Assembly (NCBI RefSeq): GCF_003428155.1
Contig: NZ_QLIR01000011.1
Coordinates: forward strand, 30,001 to 62,000
DNA from: Fastidiosibacter lacustris
GTDB taxonomy: Bacteria > Pseudomonadota > Gammaproteobacteria > Francisellales > Francisellaceae
Length of the DNA: 32,000 nt
Direction: 5' to 3'
Part shown: one piece after another, positions 11,635-20,771 of the stretch
Layout of the letters: each line of letters starts with the position of its first letter
Numbering within the stretch: position 1 is the stretch's first letter
Notes under the pieces: generated by a model
What the model saw: only the letters and a program-made list of their open reading frames with translations
The model's database searches: none
Told to the model about the DNA's origin: nothing
Position numbers and translations under genes: made by a program

Positions 11635-13521
11635 TTATTGTCCTTCAAACTCAGAAAGCATTTCCCAGAGCTGGTATTTTTCATTTAGCAAGGTTGTTTT
11701 TTCTTCTAGTATCTGCTGGGTTTGTTGAATGTTGACTTTATCTTGTTGGTAAAATTGGGGTTCAGACATTTGTTGTTGCAAAGATTGAATTTCAGACTCA
11801 AGTTTTTCAATTTCATCAGGTAAGGCAGCAAGTTGTTTTGTTTGTGCATAAGAGAGCTTTTTTGGGGGATTCGCTTTATCTTTTATTGGCTGGACTGACT
11901 TTGGTTTTGATTTTTCAAGAACTTCAGATGCAAATTGTTTTTGACGCAGCCAGTCGTCATAACCACCGATGTATTCTTCCAACTTTCCATTGCCTTGAAA
12001 CACGATTGTGCTAGTAGCTATATTGTTAATAAAGCTTCGATCATGGCTAACGATAAGCACAGTACCGGTATAGTCAAGAATCAAACTTTCTAATACTTCT
12101 AAAGTTTCAACGTCTAGGTCATTAGTTGGTTCATCAAGTACCAAAATATTACTGGGTTTGGCAAAGAGTTTAGCAAGTAATAGGCGGTTACGTTCTCCTC
12201 CTGAAAGTGAGGAAGCGGGGCTTTGCATGCGTTTTGGGTCAAATAAAAAGTTTTGAAGATAGCCTATAACGTGTACTTTTTGATTATTGATATCAAGATA
12301 ATCACTACCTTCCGTTACATTATCAACTAACGATAAGTTGGGATTAATTTGATTTCGAAGCTGGTCAAAATAAGCAATTTGTAGGTTTTCACCGTGAATA
12401 ATATTGCCAAAAGAGGGAGGGCGCTTTTTAAGCAAAACCTGTAGCAATGTACTTTTACCACAACCATTCGCACCAAGGATTGCAATTTTATCTCCACGTT
12501 GTATTTCACATGAGAAATGATTAAAGATTGAGTTGTTTTGATAACTAAAACCAAGGTTTTCAGCTCGAATAACAACTTTGCTGGATTTACTACCTTGGGA
12601 TGCACTTAATGATACATTACCTTGTTGTTCTCGCCTTGCACTTCTTTGTTCACGCATGATTTTAAGCGCACGAACGCGCCCTTCGTTACGTGTGCGCCTG
12701 GCTTTAATGCCTTGACGAATCCAAGCTTCTTCTTGCTTAAGTTTTTTATCAAAATTGGTATTTTGCACATCTTCAGCGTGTAAATATGCTTCTTTTTGTT
12801 CTAAGAAGCGTTCATAATTTCCTGGAAAACTAAGAACTTTACCTCGATCAAGTTCCATAATATCAGTGGCAATATTTTGTAAAAAACTACGATCGTGAGT
12901 AATAAATAAAATACTACCTTTAAATTGCAATAAAAAACGTTCAAGGAACTCTATCGATTCGATATCAAGATGGTTAGTTGGCTCATCTAATAGTAATAAG
13001 TCAGGTGATTTTACAAGCGCCTTAGCTAGTAAAACTCGACGCTTAAGACCTCCAGATAAATCATCAAACGGAGCTTCTTTATCTAGTGATAACTTAGAGA
13101 GCACTTTTTCCACTTCAGTTTGAGCTTCCCAACCATGTGCATCGTCAATTTGTTTTTGTAAGTCGCTTAGTTTAGATAGGTTATCAGGCAAGCTTAAATC
13201 AGTTTGCAGTTGATGTTGATAACTTGTTAATATTTGACCAAGTTCCCCGAAACCCGCTAAAACAACGTCAAAGACCGTGCCTTTAGTATTTTCTGGTACC
13301 TCTTGTTCAAGCCATGCAATTTTGGTGTTATTATGAACAATTCGTTCACCACTATCAGGTAAAATTTGACCTTGTAATACTTTAAAAAGGGAGGATTTTC
13401 CTGTGCCATTTCGTCCAATTAAACAAATACGTTTATTGGACTCGATGTCTAAAGAAATATTATCAAGGAGTTTATGGTGACCAAAGGCAAGGTCGGCATT
13501 GCGTAAAGAGATAATAGCCAT
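11635..13521 (-). CDS. uup: ABC-F family ATPase, Uup-like (no transmembrane domain)
   Basis: 628 aa with two ABC cassettes (GRNGTGKSS/LSGGLKRR/LLLDEPTNHLD and GANGCGKST/LSGGERNR/LVLDEPTNDLD). It has a charged inter-cassette linker and a C-terminal coiled-coil-like tail. Size and architecture match Uup (about 635 aa in E. coli). Confidence 0.85.
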   Translation of the reverse strand: MAIISLRNADLAFGHHKLLDNISLDIESNKRICLIGRNGTGKSSLFKVLQGQILPDSGERIVHNNTKIAWLEQEVPENTKGTVFDVVLAGFGELGQILTSYQHQLQTDLSLPDNLSKLSDLQKQIDDAHGWEAQTEVEKVLSKLSLDKEAPFDDLSGGLKRRVLLAKALVKSPDLLLLDEPTNHLDIESIEFLERFLLQFKGSILFITHDRSFLQNIATDIMELDRGKVLSFPGNYERFLEQKEAYLHAEDVQNTNFDKKLKQEEAWIRQGIKARRTRNEGRVRALKIMREQRSARREQQGNVSLSASQGSKSSKVVIRAENLGFSYQNNSIFNHFSCEIQRGDKIAILGANGCGKSTLLQVLLKKRPPSFGNIIHGENLQIAYFDQLRNQINPNLSLVDNVTEGSDYLDINNQKVHVIGYLQNFLFDPKRMQSPASSLSGGERNRLLLAKLFAKPSNILVLDEPTNDLDVETLEVLESLILDYTGTVLIVSHDRSFINNIATSTIVFQGNGKLEEYIGGYDDWLRQKQFASEVLEKSKPKSVQPIKDKANPPKKLSYAQTKQLAALPDEIEKLESEIQSLQQQMSEPQFYQQDKVNIQQTQQILEEKTTLLNEKYQLWEMLSEFEGQ

Positions 13522-13531
13522 AATGATAAGG

Positions 13532-14122
13532 TTAGATGATTTTATTTAATTCGGCTAAACTGCGTGAACCGAAGTCATGACCAATGCTGGCCCCTAAGCG
13601 TTTAGCAATAAAGCTGGCTGAAATGATTCCACGAATAACAGCGTTACCATGTTTATCATATTCTTGAATAAGCAAATGATCAATTTGCTGATCGTGCATT
13701 AAACGTGCAAGATGTCCAACACGTGCATCTTTTAATACATCGTATTCTAGAACAGGTAGCGCATTGATTTTGGTCATAAGCATTCCACTCGTCATTTCTT
13801 TAAAGTGAACACCTTCTCGCTGTGCAACTTGTGTTCTATATACACCATGCAAGCGTTTTGCATTGATAAGACCAATGATTTGGTCATCATTATTAACAAC
13901 TAGTAAAGAATGTACTTCAACTTTTTGCATCTTTTGTAAGGCATCGTCAATTAAAGCTTTTACATGGATAGTGTATGGCTTTACGATATGAAAATCAGAA
14001 AATACGTCTAAAGCTCGTGTTTCAAGCGATATCACATCCATGCTTTCAGGGTGATAATAAGGAATACTTTTTTGTACTGTGTGAGTAATAGTTTCCAGTA
14101 GTTTATAATCTTTAAATGGCAT
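13532..14122 (-). CDS. CBS-pair domain protein
   Basis: I trimmed track ORF 13532..14191 to ATG 14120-14122 (MPFKDYKLL...), which has AAAGGA about 9 nt upstream. It contains two CBS-like repeats (..HSLLVVNNDDQIIGLINAKRL.. and ..IDHLLIQEYDKHGNAVIRGIISASFI..). It lies 10 bp upstream of uup on the same strand. Confidence 0.7.
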   Translation of the reverse strand: MPFKDYKLLETITHTVQKSIPYYHPESMDVISLETRALDVFSDFHIVKPYTIHVKALIDDALQKMQKVEVHSLLVVNNDDQIIGLINAKRLHGVYRTQVAQREGVHFKEMTSGMLMTKINALPVLEYDVLKDARVGHLARLMHDQQIDHLLIQEYDKHGNAVIRGIISASFIAKRLGASIGHDFGSRSLAELNKII

Positions 14123-14374
14123 AAATACTCGTCCTTTAATCTTTAGTGATAAGTCGCACATAAGTCTAATCAGGATTGCGCTACATTGCAAACCTTGTGA
14201 GATGTAAAGTTAACATATGTCTATCAGCTTGCTTGTAAAAACTTTGTAGCGTCAACCAAAATAATAGCCAATTGCCGGCAACAGTATTTTAGTCTGTTTA
14301 TTATCTGAGTTTTCTTATGCTTGAAAATATGCTTAAATCAAGCAGCTGTTTGATTATAAATGGAGTTAAATAAC

Positions 14375-15754
14375 ATGGGAATACGTATAGAAACTGATAG
14401 TATAGGTGAGATTGAGGTCAATAGTAACAAGTATTGGGGTGCGCAAACAGAGCGCTCATTGATACATTTTTCAATTGGGAACGATTTAATTCCACAGGAA
14501 GTCATCAAGGCGATGGCAATATTGAAAAAAGCATCTGCTTTAGCAAATTTTGAGTTAGGGCTTTTAAAAAAAAAATACAAGGATTTAATTGCTCAAGCAG
14601 CTGATGAAGTTATAGATGGCAAGCATGATGATCAATTCCCCTTACATGTGTGGATGACTGGCAGTGGCACACAATCAAATATGAATGTTAATGAAGTAAT
14701 TTCAAATCGTGCTATTGAATTAGCAGGTGGGATATTAGGTAGTAAAGATCCTATTCACCCTAACGATCATGTCAACATGTCTCAATCATCAAACGATACT
14801 TTCCCAACAGCTATGTATATTGCAACAGCAATCAGCGTAAAAAAGAAACTTGTTCCCGCTTTGCAAACGATATATACGGAAATGAATAGTAAAGTTAAAG
14901 AATGGGAAAAAATTGTAAAGATTGGGCGCACTCATATGCAAGATGCAGTGCCTTTAACGTTAGGGCAAGAGTTTTCAGGATATGCTGAGTTATTAAAGCA
15001 AGATATTAGCCGTTTAGAAGCAGCATTAACAGATGTTTATCAACTTGCAATTGGAGGGACAGCAGTTGGGACGGGATTAAATGCACCAAAAGAATTTGCA
15101 CAAAAAGCATGTAAGCATATTGCGAAAATTACGGGATTGCCTTTTATTTCTGCTGAAAATAAGTTCGCAGTACAAGGCTCACACGATGCTTTAGTAGCAA
15201 TGATGGCACAAATTAAAGTGTTAGCAAATTCATTATTTAAAATAGCCAATGATATCCGACTGTTAAGCTGTGGACCTCGCGCTGGTTTCCATGAACTTTT
15301 GTTGCCTGAAAATGAACCTGGTTCTTCTATTATGCCTGGCAAAGTTAACCCTACTCAATGTGAAGCGATGACGATGGCATGTGTGCAGGTTTTTGGTTAT
15401 GATCTGGCAGTAACCATTGCAGGCAGTGCGGGTTACTTGGAAATGAACGTTTATAAGCCGCTCATTATCTATAATATTTTGCAATCTATAAATATGTTAT
15501 CGGATAGCTGCATTAATTTTACACGTTTTACGTTAGCGGGCACAAAACCTAATAAAAAGAAAATTGAAGAGTATTTACATAATTCGTTGATGCTTGTGAC
15601 AGCATTAAGTCCCGTGATTGGGTATGATAAAGCATCAAAAATAGCGCATTATGCCGATAAACATAACCTATCCTTAAGTGAAGCAAATAAGGCTTTAGGT
15701 TTTTTGCCTGAAGATGAGTTTAATCAGGTGGTCGATCCTTATAAAATGGTTTAA
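14375..15754 (+). CDS. fumC: class II fumarate hydratase
   Basis: It carries the fumarate-lyase signature [19 protein letters not shown] and the N-terminus [27 protein letters not shown] trimmed the start from ATG 14360 to ATG 14375, which has GGAG 9 nt upstream. Either start is possible. Confidence 0.95.
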   Translation: MGIRIETDSIGEIEVNSNKYWGAQTERSLIHFSIGNDLIPQEVIKAMAILKKASALANFELGLLKKKYKDLIAQAADEVIDGKHDDQFPLHVWMTGSGTQSNMNVNEVISNRAIELAGGILGSKDPIHPNDHVNMSQSSNDTFPTAMYIATAISVKKKLVPALQTIYTEMNSKVKEWEKIVKIGRTHMQDAVPLTLGQEFSGYAELLKQDISRLEAALTDVYQLAIGGTAVGTGLNAPKEFAQKACKHIAKITGLPFISAENKFAVQGSHDALVAMMAQIKVLANSLFKIANDIRLLSCGPRAGFHELLLPENEPGSSIMPGKVNPTQCEAMTMACVQVFGYDLAVTIAGSAGYLEMNVYKPLIIYNILQSINMLSDSCINFTRFTLAGTKPNKKKIEEYLHNSLMLVTALSPVIGYDKASKIAHYADKHNLSLSEANKALGFLPEDEFNQVVDPYKMV

Positions 15755-15788
15755 CAATGGATGGTTCTAAGAGTTTGTCGCACAACCC

Positions 15789-17198
15789 TTAGAAGTTATC
15801 ATAAAAGATTTTAATCACTTCGTTTTGGAAAATACGTGATTTCACACGTTGACTTTGGGTTAGGTTGTTAAGCATGATTGAAAAGCTAACCAGGTGATTT
15901 TTTTTGGTTAACAGATAACCTGATAGAGTAGACACCCCCGCAAGCGTACCAGTTTTAGCATGGACCTTGCCTTGGAGTTTCCCCACCATTCGATAAGCAA
16001 GTGAACCATCTTCACCTGAGCTAGGCAGTGCATTAAAAAACCGTTTACCAATTATGCTATTGTAAACTTTCGTGAGTAACTCCACCATAAAAATAGGGGT
16101 GACAATATCTAAGTGAGAAAGCCCTGAACCATCTTCCATGTGTAGCTCACCTATATTAACGCCATAGCTTTTTTGAATGATGGATTTGATTGCTTTGGTT
16201 GCACCTTCTGTTGTGCCACTGCCTAACAAGGTGTAACCAACTGTGCGTGCAAAGCTCTCAGCATATAGATTATCGGATTTTAGTAGCATGTGACTAATCA
16301 TATCATCGATTGATGCGGAGGTTAGTTTAACAAGCATGGTGAGTGGAGTTTTTATTGGTAGATTACCAAAGGTCACATTTCCTGAATAATGGATGCCAAC
16401 TTCACGCAAAAAATCTTTAATGGTGTGTTGCGTTTTAAGTGCTGGATTTGCAACTGCAAGGTTCAAATAAAACTCGGCTTTTTGTGGTAGACACCCAGAT
16501 AGGTTAAGCACATTATGATTGGTCATTTGGATATCAAAGGTACAGTTTTTACGCTCACTTGGTGGAGCAAGTCTTGTTGTATTATTGATTGTAATATTAC
16601 GGGTATTGGAAACCTCTTTAACAGTTGTTTTGTTGCCAGTTGTATTAATAAGCTTGATCACAAAGCAGTTTTTATTCACATTTAGACTTGAAGCAGGTGC
16701 TGCAAAACAGTAAGGAGTATCGCTTTTTGACCAGCCATTTGGAACGTAATCACCTGAGAAGTGATTGGCGATAATAACTGCATCGCCATTTATTTTTTGT
16801 ATCCCACGTTGTTTGATCTGTGAGATAAGGTTGTAAAGTTCTGAACCTGTTAAGCTTGGATCACCTGTAAACTCAAGGTAAAGATTGCCATTTAAGGTAC
16901 CATTGCTAAATTGTGACTTGTCATATAAGACCGAAGTTGTAAATTGGAAGTTTTTTGGCAAGGCTGTTAATGCAGCAATGACCGTGAAGATTTTATTGTT
17001 ACTTGCCGGAATAAACGGGAGATTTTCAGCGTATTTATAAAGCACTTGTCCAGAGCTCACACGTTGAGCAGCAATACCTATAGAGGCGTCGGATAAATGA
17101 TATGTTTTAACCAAAGATTGAATTTCACTTTGTACAGAGCCCATCGTTAGCGTAACGTTGCCAATAGTAAAAAATAAAAATAATGTTAATTTTTTCAC
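15789..17198 (-). CDS. dacB: D-alanyl-D-alanine carboxypeptidase/endopeptidase (PBP4 family)
   Basis: 469 aa with an N-terminal signal peptide (MKKLTLFLFFTIGNVTLTMG). All three penicillin-binding motifs are present: SNNK (SxxK), SDN (SxN) and KTGT (KTG). Confidence 0.87.
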   Translation of the reverse strand: MKKLTLFLFFTIGNVTLTMGSVQSEIQSLVKTYHLSDASIGIAAQRVSSGQVLYKYAENLPFIPASNNKIFTVIAALTALPKNFQFTTSVLYDKSQFSNGTLNGNLYLEFTGDPSLTGSELYNLISQIKQRGIQKINGDAVIIANHFSGDYVPNGWSKSDTPYCFAAPASSLNVNKNCFVIKLINTTGNKTTVKEVSNTRNITINNTTRLAPPSERKNCTFDIQMTNHNVLNLSGCLPQKAEFYLNLAVANPALKTQHTIKDFLREVGIHYSGNVTFGNLPIKTPLTMLVKLTSASIDDMISHMLLKSDNLYAESFARTVGYTLLGSGTTEGATKAIKSIIQKSYGVNIGELHMEDGSGLSHLDIVTPIFMVELLTKVYNSIIGKRFFNALPSSGEDGSLAYRMVGKLQGKVHAKTGTLAGVSTLSGYLLTKKNHLVSFSIMLNNLTQSQRVKSRIFQNEVIKIFYDNF

Positions 17199-17288
17199 AA
17201 TTATGGATCAGTTTAGACTATCGAATTTGCAGAATGTTGTTGATAATAGCAAGATTTTAAAAACCTTGTCACGTGTGATCTAGCGATT

Positions 17289-17651
17289 ATGTATAAACTT
17301 AAATTAAATGGTATAGCTTTAAATACTTATCTTGGTGTTTATGATTTTGAACAACAACAGATGCAAACCGTTCTAGTTGATGTAATTGTAGAGTTTAAAA
17401 ATATTCCCAAAGCCTGCATAAGTGACGCACTTGAAGATACTTTTTGTTACGCGCAAATAAACGAAGTGTTAATGAGAACGGCCGCATCAAAACGTTATCA
17501 ACTTATTGAGCATTTAGCGCAGTCTTTGCTAGATGCTTTGGTTTTACACCTTAATCATCCATTAAACGTCTATCTTGAGTTACATAAAACCCCACCTCTA
17601 GAGAATGTAGTAAATGCAAGTTTTTGTGTGGAGTATATATGCCAAAAGTAG
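17289..17651 (+). CDS. folB: dihydroneopterin aldolase
   Basis: 120 aa. The blocks LGVYDFEQ, D.FCYAQI, LIEHLAQ and ELHKTPP align with recalled E. coli FolB (IGVYDWEQ, DCLSYADI, LVERVAE, KLSKPGA). It overlaps the next gene by 13 nt. Confidence 0.82.
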   Translation: MYKLKLNGIALNTYLGVYDFEQQQMQTVLVDVIVEFKNIPKACISDALEDTFCYAQINEVLMRTAASKRYQLIEHLAQSLLDALVLHLNHPLNVYLELHKTPPLENVVNASFCVEYICQK

Positions 17652-18937
17652 TGTTAGGATTAGGGAGTAATTTAGGTGCTAAGCTTGATTACTTACGCAA
17701 AGCAGTTGATCTTATTGATAAACGTATAGCTAAAATCATTGCTACTTCAAAGATTTATCAAACATCAGCATTGTTGCCACAAAGTGCACCAGTAAGTTGG
17801 AATATAGATTACTATAATATGGCGCTTCTTATTGAAACAACGCTTGAACCACAAGCTCTTTTATTAGGGATTAAGGCAATTGAAACAGAAATGGGGCGTG
17901 ATGCACTACATGCGTTTTGGTCACCTAGAGAAATTGATATTGATATTCTGTGTTATGGAGATGTAACTTTAAGTAGTGATGCTCTTAATATTCCCCATAA
18001 GGCATTATTGGAGCGTAATTTTGCGTTAAAACCTTTGTTAGAGGTTTACCCTAATTGGCGTTATCCAAATAAAGACATAGATTTATATGAATACTTAAAA
18101 AAAATGGAAAAATTGAAGCTTGCCCCTTTTACTTTATCAGCAACTCAAATCATGGCAATTGTAAACTTATCAATAGATTCATTTTCAGCGGAAGAAGCTC
18201 AGCCACCAACTGTCGATGAATTTGCAGGTTATGTTATGAGATTGATTGAAGAAGGAGCGGAAGTCATTGATTTAGGTACAGAGAGTACTAAACCACAGGT
18301 AAAAGCAAAAACTGCTGAGAAAAATTGGCTCATGCTTCAGCCTTATTTAATTGTCTTAGATGAGTTGATAAAATATACTGGCTTATCAGTTACACCTAAA
18401 GTGAGCATTGATACCTACCATGCGCAAGTTGTTGAAAATGCCTTGCACTATTCATGTGTGAATATGATTAACGACGTTTATGGTATAGAAGCCCAAGCTA
18501 TTGCAAATCTTATTAAAGGCGCTGATATTAAATATGTCTTTATGCACCAATTAGGCAAAGCGGCGACAAACTACCTTGACATTAATCGCGATCCTGTTTT
18601 AGAAGTTATTGAGTATGCGCAACAAAGAATCGCGGATCTTATGTCGTGGGGGATGAAAAAAGAGCAATTAATATTTGATATAGGAATTGGTTTTGGTAAG
18701 CACGATTATCAAGCACGTGCCTTACTTAAGCATGTAGATAAAATTAAATCAGCGTTAGGCGTGGAAATACTGATTGGTCATTCGCGTAAGTCATCAGTTA
18801 TGCGAGTGGTTGAAGGCAAAAGCAATTTATACAAAGATATTGCAACGGCAATGATTGCTCATGAGCTTATCCAAAAAAATGTGGATTATCTTCGTGTCCA
18901 TAACGTTGATTTAACGAATATGGCAAGGCAGATATAA
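17639..18937 (+). CDS. folKP: bifunctional 6-hydroxymethyl-dihydropterin pyrophosphokinase / dihydropteroate synthase (HPPK-DHPS fusion)
   Basis: ATG 17639 has GGAG 5 nt upstream; the track start TTG 17624 is rejected. Residues 1-155 are HPPK (LGLGSNLG, FWSPREIDIDIL, LNIPHKALLERNFALKPL). Residues 156-432 are DHPS (IMAIVNLSIDSFS, SIDTYHAQV, MINDV, FDIGIGFGK, LIGHSRKS, LRVHNV). Confidence 0.9.
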   Translation: MPKVVLGLGSNLGAKLDYLRKAVDLIDKRIAKIIATSKIYQTSALLPQSAPVSWNIDYYNMALLIETTLEPQALLLGIKAIETEMGRDALHAFWSPREIDIDILCYGDVTLSSDALNIPHKALLERNFALKPLLEVYPNWRYPNKDIDLYEYLKKMEKLKLAPFTLSATQIMAIVNLSIDSFSAEEAQPPTVDEFAGYVMRLIEEGAEVIDLGTESTKPQVKAKTAEKNWLMLQPYLIVLDELIKYTGLSVTPKVSIDTYHAQVVENALHYSCVNMINDVYGIEAQAIANLIKGADIKYVFMHQLGKAATNYLDINRDPVLEVIEYAQQRIADLMSWGMKKEQLIFDIGIGFGKHDYQARALLKHVDKIKSALGVEILIGHSRKSSVMRVVEGKSNLYKDIATAMIAHELIQKNVDYLRVHNVDLTNMARQI

Positions 18938-18999
18938 GGCAGTCTAGATTGGTTAAACTAGCATGTTGTTATAGCTTCAAGTTTATAATTTGCTACAAT

Positions 19000-19037
19000 G
19001 TGTTCATTAGTCTTCAATGAACACTGGATTTTTGTTC
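19000..19037 (+). terminator. perfect 9-bp stem / 7-nt loop hairpin followed by a T-rich tract (folKP terminator or yadG 5' leader structure)
   Basis: GTGTTCATT (19000-19008), loop agtcttc, AATGAACAC (19016-19024), then tggATTTTTGTTCTT ending 2 nt before the yadG ATG. The stem is AT-rich with only 3 G:C pairs, so stability is modest. Confidence 0.35.
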
Positions 19038-19039
19038 TT

Positions 19040-19969
19040 ATGAGCTTTGAAAAAGCATTGTCGTTGGTCAATGTCAACAAAATTTATAAAGGTGGATTGC
19101 ACGCGGTTAAAGATATTAGTTTTGATGTTTATCCAGGTGATTTTTTTGCACTTTTGGGTCCAAATGGTGCTGGTAAATCAACCACCTTAGGCATGATTTC
19201 ATCTTTGGTTAACAAAACAAGTGGCAGCATAGAAGTGTGTGGTTTTGATACGGTAAAAGATGCGTATATGGCGCGTAAACATTTGGGTGTAATGCCGCAA
19301 GAAGTTAATGTAAATGTCTTTGAAACACCTTTACAGATCCTTTTAACCCAATCAGGTTTCTTTGGTATTTCACGTAATGAAACTGTTCCTTATGCAGAAA
19401 AGCTATTAAAAGACATGGCATTATGGGATAAAAAAGACACACAAGTCCGATTTTTATCAGGCGGAATGAAGCGCAGACTTATGGTTGCTCGTGCATTAGT
19501 TCATAAACCAAAGGTATTGATTTTAGATGAACCGACAGCAGGTGTAGATGTTGAGTTAAGGCAAATATTGTGGCAGCAGATAAAAGCTTTAAATGACAGG
19601 GGTTTAACCATTATTCTCACTACACATTATTTAGAAGAAGCAGAAAGCATGTGTAATCGTATTGCACTTATTCATAATGGTAAGCTTCATATCAGTTCAG
19701 ACATGAAAACTTTTTTGCGTTCGGTTGAAAAAGAAACTTATGTTTTTGATTTAAAGCAACCCATAAGCATGAATAAATTTAGTTGTGAATATGGTCAATT
19801 TACAGTTGTTGACCAGATGACTTTAGAAATTGAAGTAGGTAAAGATGTATCCTTGAATCAATTATTTGCAGGGTTATCCGAGCAAAATATAGAAGTGATA
19901 AGTGTTAAAAGCAAAACGAATAAATTAGAAAAATTATTTATTGATGTTGCTAGAGAAAAAGTGTGGTAG
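19040..19969 (+). CDS. yadG: ABC-2 type transporter ATP-binding protein (YadG-like)
   Basis: I trimmed the track ORF to ATG 19040 (MSFEKALSLVNVNKIY), giving 309 aa versus about 308 aa for E. coli YadG. It has Walker A GPNGAGKST, signature LSGGMKRR and Walker B LILDEPTAGVD. A YadH-like permease gene follows. Confidence 0.8.
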   Translation: MSFEKALSLVNVNKIYKGGLHAVKDISFDVYPGDFFALLGPNGAGKSTTLGMISSLVNKTSGSIEVCGFDTVKDAYMARKHLGVMPQEVNVNVFETPLQILLTQSGFFGISRNETVPYAEKLLKDMALWDKKDTQVRFLSGGMKRRLMVARALVHKPKVLILDEPTAGVDVELRQILWQQIKALNDRGLTIILTTHYLEEAESMCNRIALIHNGKLHISSDMKTFLRSVEKETYVFDLKQPISMNKFSCEYGQFTVVDQMTLEIEVGKDVSLNQLFAGLSEQNIEVISVKSKTNKLEKLFIDVAREKVW

Positions 19970-19974
19970 AGGAC

Positions 19975-20754
19975 ATGACAATTAAAGAATATTGGACGAT
20001 TTATTATACGCTTCTTAGAAAAGAAGTTGTGCGCATATTTAGAATATGGCCACAAACGATTTTACCATCTGCCATTACGATGAGTTTATATTTTTTAATA
20101 TTTGGCAAAGTCGTTGGTGCACGTGTTGGAATGATGGATGGCTTTGATTATATGCAGTTTATTACTCCAGGACTTGTTATTATGGCGGTGATTAACAACG
20201 CCTATGCAAATGTAGTTGGATCTTTTTATGGTGCGCGTTTTAGTCATTCAATCGAAGAATTACTTGTTTCTCCTGCTAATAACCATCTGATTATTTTGGG
20301 ATATATTTCGGGTGGGATTGTGCGTGGTGTAATTGTTGGTGTATTGGTAAGTATTGTTGCGGCACTCTTTGGTGGAATATCATTACATTTTCATAATCTA
20401 TTATTGATTATGCTTGCCTTTTTATTGTGTGGGGCGTTATTTTCATTGGGCGGGTTGCTCAATGGGATATTTTCCCAGAGCTTTGATGATACAACCATTT
20501 TCCCAACTTTTGTATTAACACCACTGATTTACTTAGGGGGTGTATTTTATGGTCTAAGCGTATTGCCGCCATTTTGGCAGCATATTGTTCAATATAATCC
20601 ATTGTTTTATATTGTTGATTTTGTGCGTTTTGCTTTTATTGGATATTCTTCAATGAACCCCACAATTGCTTTTGTTGCAATTATTATCTTTATCGTTGTT
20701 TTATATAGTCTTGCATGGTATTTATTATCGCGTGGTATTCGTCTGAAGTCTTAA
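19975..20754 (+). CDS. yadH: ABC-2 type transporter permease (YadH-like)
   Basis: 259 aa. It is collinear with recalled E. coli YadH (..RIWVQTLVPPVITMTLYFIIFG.., YMQFIVPGL, NAYANV.SSFFGAKF...IEELLV.P, FDD....PTFVLTPL.YLGGVFY....LPPFWQ). GTG 19963 is an alternative start. Confidence 0.82.
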   Translation: MTIKEYWTIYYTLLRKEVVRIFRIWPQTILPSAITMSLYFLIFGKVVGARVGMMDGFDYMQFITPGLVIMAVINNAYANVVGSFYGARFSHSIEELLVSPANNHLIILGYISGGIVRGVIVGVLVSIVAALFGGISLHFHNLLLIMLAFLLCGALFSLGGLLNGIFSQSFDDTTIFPTFVLTPLIYLGGVFYGLSVLPPFWQHIVQYNPLFYIVDFVRFAFIGYSSMNPTIAFVAIIIFIVVLYSLAWYLLSRGIRLKS

Positions 20755-20771
20755 ATTGAGTATTTTAATAA

